Origin: Cyanidioschyzon merolae
Taxonomy: Eukaryota
NCBI GenBank assembly: GCA_000091205.1
Contig: AP006487.2
DNA: 64,000 bases
Direction: 5' to 3' (one strand)
Both the position numbers and the translations under genes were made by a program. Each line of letters begins with the position of its first letter. The first letter of the stretch is position 1. The notes below the pieces were generated by a model that was not told where the DNA came from, ran no database searches, and saw only the letters and a program-made list of their open reading frames with translations. Of the stretch, positions 23,211 through 34,090 are shown in pieces.

Positions 23211-24544
23211 AACCTCCGGTCACTGCGACGAACGGAGTACCAGGACTATTTCCAGAAGTGATGAACGCAGATGGCGACGCATCGTTCACAGATGCTTTGG
23301 GGTCATGAAATGCGTCAATCACAGCCGCAAGTGTCGAAATCGGTACTCGAACGCTGCCACCAAAATGCTTGGATCGCTGACAACGGACCTGGAAGCGCAG
23401 CAGAGAACCTACTAATCAATGCCGGATATGAAAGATGGGAAAAGCAAGCAGGCATAGAAAACGTTCGCAAAGGCCAATAAGGATGGTATGGAGAAGACAA
23501 CAGCATTTGAATATGTATGCCCGAGTTATAGGGCCCGTTCTGTTTTCTAGTCTTCCAACTCAATTGTGTTTCCCCTCAGATGCGGTGAATAGCAGGAGGT
23601 CGAAATCACGATGGCATGTGTTGTATAGCTTGCAGACGAGGTGACTGTAGGATATATTCGTTACTGAATAGTTCAGGGAGAACTGCATTCCTGCTTCGGG
23701 TGAATCATAACACTGTGCTCAGATATCTGAGGAACACTGAAAGAAACAGGTACATGCGTTCCGCGCCAAAACTGGCTCAGTGAAAAACTGCCCGCAATCA
23801 ATCGTATGAAACGGCTCTTTAATCGCCTTACGGAGAACAAAAGCGACGACAGTAGCTGCCAAGAGCGTCTACGTATCTGAATACCTCGTTGGTGCGGTCC
23901 TGAAAATACTTGGGTACAGTCGCATATAAAGTCCAATGTCATTCACGGCCATCTTCAACCGAAATGTCCATTACAGCATTCCAGGGAAGTCGCCATCCGT
24001 ATGAAGCACAGGGATGTGGGTTTGTTTTTCCAGTCGATGAAACTTCCTTCGAACAGAACGGTCAGAGCATGTATAGGTACCCGTGGAGACGGAGCCCGTT
24101 GTATGTGCGATCGAAATCGAAGCGAACTGAGACATCATCACCTGTTCTCGCTACAGTAGATACATTTGGCGGCCTTCGTTTCTCTCCTAGAGAAGGCTCA
24201 TGCAACAGCACCATGCATTTTGTCAAATCACTGAGGACTTTTCTCAGACGCCTGGCGACATCTTTCTATTGGACAACGAGGTATTTCATCTTTCCTCCTC
24301 CGTTCGAGATTTTGCCGATTCTATAGGGATAGGCTTGCTTCTCGTTCCGCCGTACGCTCCGTGATTCAAACCAATCGAACGGGTGTTTCCTATCGTGAAA
24401 CGTAATGATCGCTTCACAGAGCGACTCACTGAAGCGTTCAGCACACGGTGATTCCAGGGCAAATGCCGTCTTGCTTCCGCAAATCCTTCTCGCTCCGAGG
24501 GGGGTCCTCTGGCGAGAGCATAAAGGAGTAAGCTCATTTTAAAG

Positions 24545-24930
24545 AAATTAAGGGATGAGCCGGGATGTAAACTCCTGAAGGCCGAAATGGAGGAACGTCA
24601 GCGAAGCACTTCGGATATAGAAAAGCCCGGAGCGCTGTTCGAGCAGCAAATGGCACAGAGGGCACGAGTTCGAGGACTCCGTGCACTGGTGCGTTCAACG
24701 AGCTCCAACAAACGCATGGAGTTCGTGAACAGGGACGAAAACGCTGCTATCAATATCAGACGATTTGCGGTGCCAAAAACGGGACCCGATGAGCAGACCC
24801 GATCCAACGTTGTGGGGTCAGCGTCTCAAACTCGAATTGCATATGGATAAACAGAAACAGGTAGCAGCCGGCAGGCAGGCAGGCAGGCCGTGCAACACTG
24901 GAAGGCGGCAGCACGTCGGTATACATTGAG
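24545..24930 (+). pseudogene. TnpB/Fanzor-like relic A: C-terminal RuvC-III segment plus conserved 3' non-coding tail
   Basis: Encodes QRARVRGLRALVRSTSSNKRMEFVNRDENAAINIRRFAV, matching the RuvC-III D-x-NAA-x-NI signature of TnpB/Fanzor. Nucleotide homology to copies C, B, D, E continues ~100 nt past the ORF end. No upstream nuclease domains remain. Confidence 0.45.
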
Positions 24931-25276
24931 CGTAACGACGCGAAGCGTTTTCGCTCTGATAACCACATAGCCCAGTCGTCGTATGCTTTTTCTGAGAACC
25001 GTTTCTCGTGATAGTGAAACGCATCGCAGTGGTACTGGTTGCGAATACTTCGCCAGGAAGGGTTTAAAAATCTAGTGACAAGCTGGGGCGTCTCTCCACA
25101 CTCTTGAACGGACACCGGGGACGCCTCCAGTTGCAGCGCACAGTCGTATGAGCTGCTGCCGCGTCGCACTGTACTCTTAAACGGACACGTGGGACACCCT
25201 AAGTTGCAGATCGCGTACCGCTTGTGGCTCTTCGGTGCACCAGCTGAACGCCAGGCTCTCAGGCAGAGGGCGAGCG

Positions 25277-27349
25277 ATGCGACAGCAAACGAACGCAACG
25301 GAGCTACCAGCATGGAAGCACCGAGACGAAATCATCCACGCCGTCAAGAACCACGTTGTTGTGCTTCTACTAGGCACCACTGGTTGCGGCAAGACAACAC
25401 TCGTGCCCCGCTTCCTCGATGAACAGGGCTTCGGTCCCGTCGCGATAGCGCAGCCACGTCGCTTGGCAGCCATCAGCGTCGCCAGACGCGTCAGTCAGGA
25501 GCTATCCTGTCGACTCGGAACATACGTGGGGTATGCAGTCCGCTTCGACGACTGCTCCGATCCCGAGAAAACTCGTTTGCGGTACGCCACAAGTGGTGTA
25601 CTCTTGCGCGAGGCCATCAGCGATCCGCTTTTTCGTCGCTATGGGTCTCTGGTCATCGATGAAGTACACGAACGTCTCATACAGACGGACATTTTAATGG
25701 CGGTTGCACGTCGAGCGCTTATCGAACGCCGCAAGCAGCCGACCTGTGCGACGGACGCTTTCCGGGTGGTGCTCATGTCAGCAGCAGTGGACGTGACGAC
25801 GCTATTGCGCTACTTTCAAAGCGCAGCGATCGGGCCGGTCAGCGTGTGTTCGATACCAGGGAACCTCCATCCGGTCGATATTCTCTACACAGCGGACTAC
25901 TGCGCAGAGCATCTGGATGCGGCGTTGAACCTGGTCCTTCAACTTCATCTCCATCTGGAAAACGTGCCTGGGGATATTCTAGTATTTCTAACTGGCCAAG
26001 AGGAGATCGAACTCGCCGTCAAGCTACTCCCAGAAAGGCTCCGGCGACGGGGTCCGGGAAGCGCGCCGCTCTTTGCGGTACCCTTGTACGCTACGTTGCC
26101 TCCAGCGCAGCAGCTAGCTGCGATCAATCAGAGCCGTCCGCAGACGCTTGGATCCGTTGCTGCTCGCAAGGTCATTTTCGCGACCAATGTTGCCGAGACA
26201 TCGCTGACGATTCCCGGAGTGCGTTTTGTTATCGATACAGGCTTGAGCAAACAACGCATCCTGGATCCATCCCTGGATGCGGATGTTTTGCAGGTTCGTC
26301 CCATTAGTCGAGCACAAGCCTTGCAACGGGCGGGGCGCGCTGGACGCGAAGCCGGCGGTGGCATCTGCATTCGGCTCTATCCAGAGACGCTGTGGCCAAA
26401 GCTCAGCGCGTATCCAGTCCCCGAACTATGCCGTTGCGATCTGGCGAGCACACTCTTGCAACTGTATGCCATGGGTATGGATCAGCCCTGGAAACTGCCG
26501 CTTGTGAATCCACCACCGCGATCCAGCATGGAACGCGCACTTGTTCACTTGCACGAGCTTGAAGCCCTGGACGATCAACTTCAACTGGACCCGCTGCTCG
26601 GTCGACAGATGGCTGGCCTGCCGTTGGAGCCGATGGAAGCGCGTATGGTGTTGGCCGCCAAGGCGCTGCACGAGCCTATGGTGCTCTCCCAGGTAGTGGA
26701 GATTGCAGCGATGCTCAGTGTGGATGCATGGAGCAGTGGACTCTTGGTTGTGCTGCCCGGGGAGCGCCGGATCGATGTTCAGAGGCACTGGCAGCAGCTC
26801 TTTGTCGAGGAGCGTGCTGGCGACCTCGTTACCGCTGGGCGCATACTGCACCAGTATCTGCAGCAGGCACCGCCGCTGCGAAAGCGCTGGTGCATCCAGC
26901 ATCATCTCAATGAACGTTTGCTGTCCGCTGCTGCAGATGCTTTCACTCAACTCATGCAGCTGCTGGAGTGCACCCCGCTATACGCAGCGAATGCGCCGCA
27001 GCTGGACGCGTTGGCAGCGCAGGTCTCTGCGAGCATACCTGCGGAAGTCTCAACGAGAGAACGATTGTTGGAGCTCGTTCAAAGATGTATCTGTGTGGGT
27101 TTCTTCCGGCATGCAGCGCGTCGGGAAGGTCAGCGATCCTATCGGATCATCCGTACAGGGTATCATCCTGTCGCTCTACATCCGTCATCGCTGTACGCCA
27201 GCGGTGCATATCCCGAGTGGATTGTTTATCGAGATTTCATCTACACAAATAAGCCCTATTTACGAGGCATCACTGCGTGTGAGCCCATGTGGATCCAGAG
27301 TAGTCGCTGCTCGACAGCGACGTTTGCATCTCGCGAAGCCTGCAGGTGA
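25277..27349 (+). CDS. DEAH-box ATP-dependent RNA helicase (DHX family)
   Basis: GTTGCGKTT (motif I), DEVHER (motif II), TGQEEIE, TNVAETSLTIPGVRFVIDTG, QRAGRAGR (motif VI), followed by HA2/OB-like C-terminal region. First ATG at 25277 (ORF-track start is GTG). Confidence 0.9.
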   Translation: MRQQTNATELPAWKHRDEIIHAVKNHVVVLLLGTTGCGKTTLVPRFLDEQGFGPVAIAQPRRLAAISVARRVSQELSCRLGTYVGYAVRFDDCSDPEKTRLRYATSGVLLREAISDPLFRRYGSLVIDEVHERLIQTDILMAVARRALIERRKQPTCATDAFRVVLMSAAVDVTTLLRYFQSAAIGPVSVCSIPGNLHPVDILYTADYCAEHLDAALNLVLQLHLHLENVPGDILVFLTGQEEIELAVKLLPERLRRRGPGSAPLFAVPLYATLPPAQQLAAINQSRPQTLGSVAARKVIFATNVAETSLTIPGVRFVIDTGLSKQRILDPSLDADVLQVRPISRAQALQRAGRAGREAGGGICIRLYPETLWPKLSAYPVPELCRCDLASTLLQLYAMGMDQPWKLPLVNPPPRSSMERALVHLHELEALDDQLQLDPLLGRQMAGLPLEPMEARMVLAAKALHEPMVLSQVVEIAAMLSVDAWSSGLLVVLPGERRIDVQRHWQQLFVEERAGDLVTAGRILHQYLQQAPPLRKRWCIQHHLNERLLSAAADAFTQLMQLLECTPLYAANAPQLDALAAQVSASIPAEVSTRERLLELVQRCICVGFFRHAARREGQRSYRIIRTGYHPVALHPSSLYASGAYPEWIVYRDFIYTNKPYLRGITACEPMWIQSSRCSTATFASREACR

Positions 27350-27414
27350 CGCGGAGAGCCGCATGCGTCTTCCGAGGCCAACGATGGGTGTCATCGAGGG
27401 TATTCTAGTTCATG

Positions 27415-28170
27415 CTAAATGCATGGAACACTGACGTCTTCTTTCCAGATAGGTACATAGCGCTTGAGAGCCTCAAGCGCCAGACGTACGCTCTCCACTG
27501 AGGGGCCAGTCACCAGCACGGAGACGGAACCCACGGGCACGCTTCCTGCAACAGTATGGACAAACATGTGGAGGTTTTGTTCTGCAGCGATGCGATGTAT
27601 GTAGAGCATTGCCATTTCTCTGTAACTTTCGTAAACAAGTGCCGACACGACCCTATCGCTGGAAAGTCGATCCTTGCGTACCAGACCACAAAAGCTCACT
27701 GCTGCGTTTTCAGCTTTCTTCAAGTACGCTGGGGGCACAGGCTCTTCGAGCAAAGCGACCTGCGGTATCTGCAAACTCTCTGTCCCGGTTTGAGAGGGCG
27801 CTTGTGCACCATAACCGGACAAGAGGCATTCTTTCTCGAAAACGGGATCATCTTGACTCGACTTCTGAAACTCCAGACCGCGCCCATGGTCGCTTCGTTC
27901 CATTGGAGTGCGTCCGTTCGCAGGAAGGCGATCCCAGTACTGTGGCTTTTCGAGACCAAGACTTGGCTCCTCTTCCCTTGCTTCCATCGGAACGCATCTG
28001 TTGATCAAAAAACTCTTCAACACGGTCCATGCCTCTTGACGGTGACTCGTCGCAACCACGAGCTGCTCTTCACCGACCGCGCACCGGACGACTGCCCCAA
28101 CGTTTTCTCGTGAGACTCGCTGAATCACTTCGTCGAAACTGATTGAAGCAGGCAGCCTGTAGACAGTCAT
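27415..28170 (-). CDS. Molybdopterin synthase catalytic subunit (MoaE/MOCS2B-like)
   Basis: C-terminal half aligns to MoaE: LVYESYREMA, FVHTVAGSVPVGSVSVLV, LKRYVPIWKED (compare LEYEAY..MA / HRLG.V.V.E.S / LK..VPIWKKE). N-terminal half is divergent. Confidence 0.7.
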   Translation of the reverse strand: MTVYRLPASISFDEVIQRVSRENVGAVVRCAVGEEQLVVATSHRQEAWTVLKSFLINRCVPMEAREEEPSLGLEKPQYWDRLPANGRTPMERSDHGRGLEFQKSSQDDPVFEKECLLSGYGAQAPSQTGTESLQIPQVALLEEPVPPAYLKKAENAAVSFCGLVRKDRLSSDRVVSALVYESYREMAMLYIHRIAAEQNLHMFVHTVAGSVPVGSVSVLVTGPSVESVRLALEALKRYVPIWKEDVSVPCI

Positions 28171-28334
28171 AGAGAGCGTTCCCCAACGTAGGTCAACGCA
28201 CCGCTCAGTGACGGTCTTTAGAACAGCGGGTCTACGGTCTGCAGTGCTCCGTTCCTGTAACGTTGCTCTGCAGCCGCATTCGTACTGACGCTAGAGAGTA
28301 TCGCGGTTCGCTGGGACTCGGGCCAAGCCGACCT

Positions 28335-29444
28335 ATGACCGCGGGGCACGACCCAGAACAAACTAAACGCTCTGGGGGCCTGACGGTGCTCTGGTTGACG
28401 GGCTCTGCAATAGCACTGCGACTGATAACCCTTCCACTGGAGGCCTACCAGGCCCGTCAGTGGCTACGCTTGCGTGAGGCGCAACGACTCGCTTCCGCTG
28501 CCTACCAACTGCTGACCCGTTCGAGCCAAGTACAACTGAATCATCGGACCAGTGCCTCGAACGATGACCTTCTTTCGAGTTTGACGTGCTTGCAACGAAA
28601 AGCGTTACAACGGTACGGCACAAGTCGCTGGAGAGCGCTTGTACCTTGGGGACGCGTTGTCGGCTTGCCAGCTTTTGTCTTCGCTGCACTGCGAGTTCGA
28701 CAGCTCGCTTTGGCAGGTGACCTTGGCGGGACGCTGCCGGGTCTTTGGTTGAAAGATCTCTCCGAACCGGATCCCTTTTACTTGCTGCCGTTATGCAATA
28801 TGGTGCTCATGTTGCGGAACTTGGAGTACAGCTTCCCCTTGATGCCTTTCAGTAAGGCCGGAAATACCTCTGCTGAAACGCGATCGCCTCCTACACAGCA
28901 GTACTGGCTACAGAGCCAGTCGCTGAAAGTGTTGCTCCAAGGTGCGGTGCTCGTGATAACGCCGGGGGTCGTGAACCTGCCCTCGGCGGTGTTGCTCTTC
29001 TGGTTGACAAACTCGTGCATTCAGACGGCACTGACGAGCGCATGGTGGCGCCAACGATGGCACCGATGGATACAGCAGACCGCGCTACCTGATAAGCAAC
29101 GCGAACTAGACAAGTTCAGCGATTCAAAGGAGGAGCCTGCAAACCGTCTTGAGGCGCAGCTCGATCAGGCACTGGATCAGGCTAGCAGAGAGATACGCTG
29201 GGTCAACCGAGCAATTGCTGATGTTGTTCGACATCGACCAGTCACGCCATCCTTGCTGAAACAGGTAGAGTTTGAGCTGCAGCGCTGGCGAGCACGAAGG
29301 CTTATTCAGCTGCCATGGCGCGCAACTGTTCGTGACGCCCCGTCCGGGAGGCCGATGTTGGCCCTGTATCTTGAGAGCTCGGGTTCAGAGGGCGAGCACG
29401 CTGCGGCTTCCGAAACCCCGAGCAGTGCCTCTGTAAAGCACTGA
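28335..29444 (+). CDS. Oxa1/Cox18/YidC-family membrane insertase (mitochondrial type)
   Basis: GLWLKDLSEPDPFYLLPLCNMVLML and LLQGAVLVITPGVVNLPSAVLLFWLTNSCIQTALTS align to the conserved TM2/TM5 regions of OXA1L/COX18. First ATG at 28335 (ORF track start TTG at 28263). Confidence 0.7.
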   Translation: MTAGHDPEQTKRSGGLTVLWLTGSAIALRLITLPLEAYQARQWLRLREAQRLASAAYQLLTRSSQVQLNHRTSASNDDLLSSLTCLQRKALQRYGTSRWRALVPWGRVVGLPAFVFAALRVRQLALAGDLGGTLPGLWLKDLSEPDPFYLLPLCNMVLMLRNLEYSFPLMPFSKAGNTSAETRSPPTQQYWLQSQSLKVLLQGAVLVITPGVVNLPSAVLLFWLTNSCIQTALTSAWWRQRWHRWIQQTALPDKQRELDKFSDSKEEPANRLEAQLDQALDQASREIRWVNRAIADVVRHRPVTPSLLKQVEFELQRWRARRLIQLPWRATVRDAPSGRPMLALYLESSGSEGEHAAASETPSSASVKH

Positions 29445-32400
29445 CGCCACAGGCAGTACAACCGAGCATTTTGCCAGCAGCACCGCGCATGAGACGCAAA
29501 TCTACAGTTGTTGTGGCTGCATTCCTGTGCAATGACGACGGTTCCTCAGTGTATCGATCTGGACCTGGAATGTACTACGAAATGCTGCAAGCATCGAAGC
29601 GATGCTGTGTCGATATGCACCGGTTCCCCGCTGTATTCATATGCTCGATTCGTGCGGGACACGTGGAGGCTTCGACTCTCTGCGCCACCCTGAACAGAGA
29701 GCGTGCCCGCTACCTATCGCTTGTTACTTGCTACCGGTCTGGTTGGAGCGCTTTCATTGATCTCCTGGGGAACGCAGGAAAAAAGACCAGTTCGAGTCTG
29801 GCAATTGGAAAAGCGTGCCCCAAGTTTGACGCCCGTCTGAAGCATGCCATCACATCCTACGTCGCTGCTAAGGTCGTTTTCCGAATAATTAATTTCAGTT
29901 GGGGCTGCGTCGCCAAGCCGCGGACCCCGGATTTTTACTACTGTATCCATAGCGAACAGCGTAGTGCACTCCACTATAGGAAAACGACGAGTTGAGAGTC
30001 TCCTTTGGCACCTTGCTGACTATGATTTGGATTGCGAACTCCATGTGGAGTCGGTGCTGATCCGTTTTGCGCCAAGGAACAGCAAGTGTTCCATCCTTTT
30101 CCATAAGTGCTGTGGTGCAACGAACCACTTCAGCGAGCTCGAGTTGTAGAATCTCTTCGACAGTCCCTGTATACAGAGCAACTGCCTCTACTGCGCCAGC
30201 AAATGCGCTGATTGCGACTACGCAAGCGGTTCCCTGCTGACCGCAACACTGTGCAAGCGATGCTCAAGATACCGAGCGGTGCTCGGTACGTCCAAGATTC
30301 ACAGCTCCCAAGCTGTCGATTTCGCTTCAGAAAGCTGATCAAGTGGATGCTCCGTACAGCTGCGATTCGTAATGCAAACAAAGCACCAGGATACGCCTCG
30401 AGCGACATTGACCACAGACAGCTTGTAAATATGTCGCGATCGAGTCTATACATCGACTTTAGGGCAATTTGGGTTGAACGTGGGCATATTGCGCCACCCT
30501 CTTGCGCATCTGAGAGCACACCAGCACCCCAAGCATTCGACGCATAGAGGAATAGATCGCAGGCGTCGGGATCAAGCCGTGCCGCTTCCGCATGTCCGGA
30601 ATTTTTGCCGGCGATTGGCCAGATGCACGCTGCTACTACTGGAGCCAGCGCCTGCAGTATCTTGAGTAATCGTCAATTCCTGAGATGTTTTTGGTTGCAA
30701 TCAGAGCAGCGAATGTCCGATTACCCGTACCAGCACGCTCTTTTGGTTATTGTTTGGTTTTCTTGCAGGTATTCGATAAAAAGAATGCATCGTGTCGATC
30801 CGATTACAGTCGCTGGATGAATTGGTATTGTCTGTGGTAGCTCGCGAAAAGAACGGCCCCACCTGTGCCTGTCCTTCTATAATGAACTGGGGCATGAACC
30901 GCTTTTCTCATCGCTCTGATCCGACACGTCAGTCTCCCGCAGTAGAACCCTCCAGAACCTCTCTTCGACTGTTTCCTTGCCGATTGATTGTGTAGCGTAC
31001 TTGGATGAAGAAATACTACCAAAGTCACCGCTGGATTTTGACGCCTCCGTACCGCTAATGACAACGGTGATGAAGAGACCCAGAAATACGAATCGAAAAG
31101 CACGCCTGTATGCTAGATAGTCACGCGTCGAAGAGCGCAAGACTGATCTCGTCGTGAAACGCGAGCGCTTATCACAGGACGAACGAGAGTTCATCTCGTG
31201 CAACGAAATGTCCTTCGGGGGAAATGGTACACCTGCACTTGGCTACGCAAACCGGAGCAAACCACTGTTCTGAAAGACGAGCGAAACGGGACGGACGACA
31301 ACACCAGCCCTAGCAGCGATTTAATCCCTTGATCACCGAATCGTCGCCGAACGGACAAGATCGTTCAACAACTCGTGCTTGGTCGACGTATTCTGTGGCT
31401 TCTTTTTTCCCATTTTGTTCCGTCCGGCTCGTAGGTATCATCGGATTGCGTCAATCAGGAGCGGTCAAGGACACCGCAGCTGGCATCGCAGTTGAGCTGG
31501 TCTCTGTGCTGGCTTGTTTTCTCTGGCTCAATCGAAACGAATTCGTTTTTCCAAGACATCCCAGAGCATTTCTATGTTCATCGATGATTAAACGAATCTT
31601 TCGCGTTCGCGACACCAAAATATGCTGCGTACTTTTACGGATCGCAACCCCCCTTCACCGCGCTCGTCTTGCCTGGCTTTTCTGTTTCCTGCCTCGACGC
31701 GTCTCCTCAACCGATTGTTCATACAAGTTTCGGAAGCGAGATCGCCAGTTGTCTACACTCCACTCGATTTTTCGATCAAACCTTCGCGCGACAACACGAC
31801 ACAAATGTTCAGAGCAGATGATGCGATTCGACGTGAGCGAGGCATCAGCGTTTTGCGCATATGCGTACCAGCATATCTTGCCGCGTCGCCGCGCCATCTC
31901 GACGATCGAAGTATGTGAGGTGCCGGTCCTAAAACGTACCAGGCAAACCTCAGAAAGCAACATCATGTCCGGGTTCAGTTCGGGCGCTTTATGAGGCGCG
32001 CATTGTCGACGTTTTCCAGTCATGGTACTGGCCCAGAAAAGTGGGCACTGTTTGAAGGTATGCTACCGTTCAGAGAGAACACGAGCGATCAAGCGGCGCA
32101 CGCGGACGATCGTTACGGGGCGTTCATACGAGCGCGCGGAGGTCACCAACAGTTTCGGTTGTACAGAAGCAAGAAGCGTACATGCACTCACTTCGACTAA
32201 GAGTTGTAAACGAAAATCTCCGATATGTCGTGTGGTTGGGTGCCAGGCAATGGCGCTGGAAGCACTGGAGCGCGCGATGACTGCACCCTTGCGGACTTGT
32301 GGACGGCGTCCAACGAGTGCGGGAATCGATTCCATACGACTCCCGTAGATGCATTCAGGACGATGCCCTCGCATCAATAGCATGGGTGCTCAATGAAACA

Positions 32401-33692
32401 GGCAGAGAAAAAGCACCTGAAACAGAGCCGGATACACGAGACGGTGTACGTCAGGCCGAGCGAACATCAGCTGGCGAGAATATTGACGACCAGAGGATTG
32501 CAAAAGCGAGATTTCAGGAGCAAAATACCTCGATGTACATCCGGGAATGTCCGGTGTTCGCACAGCGCCCAACAGCTTGGTGATCAACGAACCTTTGAGG
32601 GAATCGCGCAGTACTTCGTGTAAACACGGATCTGAAACGCTGAAGACTTGCGATGGAAAACAACAGTGACCATGACAGCGTGTATTTCATCCATGTTTGA
32701 AGCAAGACACTTGTATGAGACGGTTCAGCAGTCCAGAATGGCTGCCATGCCCCATATATACACATGGAACGGTTTTCCTAGAAATTCATGAACGAATATC
32801 CTGCTCCGTAATTCGACTTGACGATGTACCGACATGCAAAGCGGCGTCCTAGGTGCTCTAGCCTAGACGCCCGCCCCCGAAGACCTGCACGGTGTCGCCC
32901 TGCGAGCCTTATTTACCGCACCATACATCCCTGGGATATTTATGATGGCTCCGGCCTTGAAGATCACGCGTTTGTGTGTACGTCAGCAGCGTCGATGCGT
33001 CGCTCTAAAATCCATCTACACAGGTGTTCACGGAATGCTCGGCATTTAAAAGCGAGCCCGCTCAACTTCGTATACAATGTGTCATGCATGTAGACTTGCA
33101 TTTTCGAACGAGATCCGTCATTGGGGCACCAGCTCGAGACTGATCAAGCATCAAGCTTCGTGCACGGTAGACAGGCTGTGCTATGAACGGTTCGGCATTC
33201 GACGCCAGGCGCTGAACCCAGACTTGCGTCACCGTACAGTGCGTTTAGGGTTCCATCAGCAGTGCCTCGTTCTTTGCGTTCGTCCTGCAATTCTCCAGGT
33301 CATAGAAGCGTATCCGCAGCATGAAACTGTTCAGTGTGAGCCGAAGTAGCAACATCCAGCATAGGCATTGAAGCGCGTGTCCTATAGATTCCAAGTGCCT
33401 GTGAGCGCTCCCGCACCGGCGATGCACCTTCGTACGAGGACGCGCTCCATACCAAGTCAGCCGAAACATTTCCTATGAATCAAGTGAGGCAGAACTCGCG
33501 ATTTGTGCACTAATCCAGAAGCACGCTTTCGGGAAAGCTTAGCAACAGAATTCGGGCGATTATGTTTTGGTCTATGGTCGAGTCTTGGCTGGGAATCCCA
33601 GCTACGCAATGGATACCGACGTCAGGGAAAGCGCTAACGCATACTCGGCACTCTACGGATTATATGAACGAGCCGTTGCCTCCAACAGGGAA

Positions 33693-34090
33693 TATGGATG
33701 TATCCGGCGAGATATAGAGACCTGGTGCGGAATGACTAGTGATTTCATAGGCACCGTTGAGGTAGTCGTCTGCAGGGAACTCCTGCTCGTGTCGCAGAAG
33801 CTGCGTTACCGCCACACCAGCATCGAGTGGTATCCGGCGAGATATAGAGACTTGGTGCGGAATGACTAGTGATTTCATAGGTACCGTTGAGGTAGTCGTC
33901 TGCAGGGAGCTCCTGCTCGTGTCGCAGAAGCTGCGTTACCGCCACACCAGCATCGAGTGGTATCCGGCGAGATATAGAGACTTGGTGCGGAATGACTAGT
34001 GATTTCATAGGTACCGTTGAGGTAGTCGTCTGCAGGGAACTCCTGCTCGTGTCGCAGAAGCTGCGTTACCGCCACACCAGCATCGAGCAG
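33693..34090. repeat. 130-bp tandem repeat x3
   Basis: gtatccggcgagatatagagacttggtgcggaatgactagtgatttcataggtaccgttgaggtagtcgtctgcagggagctcctgctcgtgtcgcagaagctgcgttaccgccacaccagcatcgagtg recurs at 33700, 33830 and 33960. Three overlapping minus-strand ORFs encode the same peptide (MKSLVIPHQVSISRRIPLDAGVAVTQLLRHEQEFPADDYLNG...). Confidence 0.9.
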
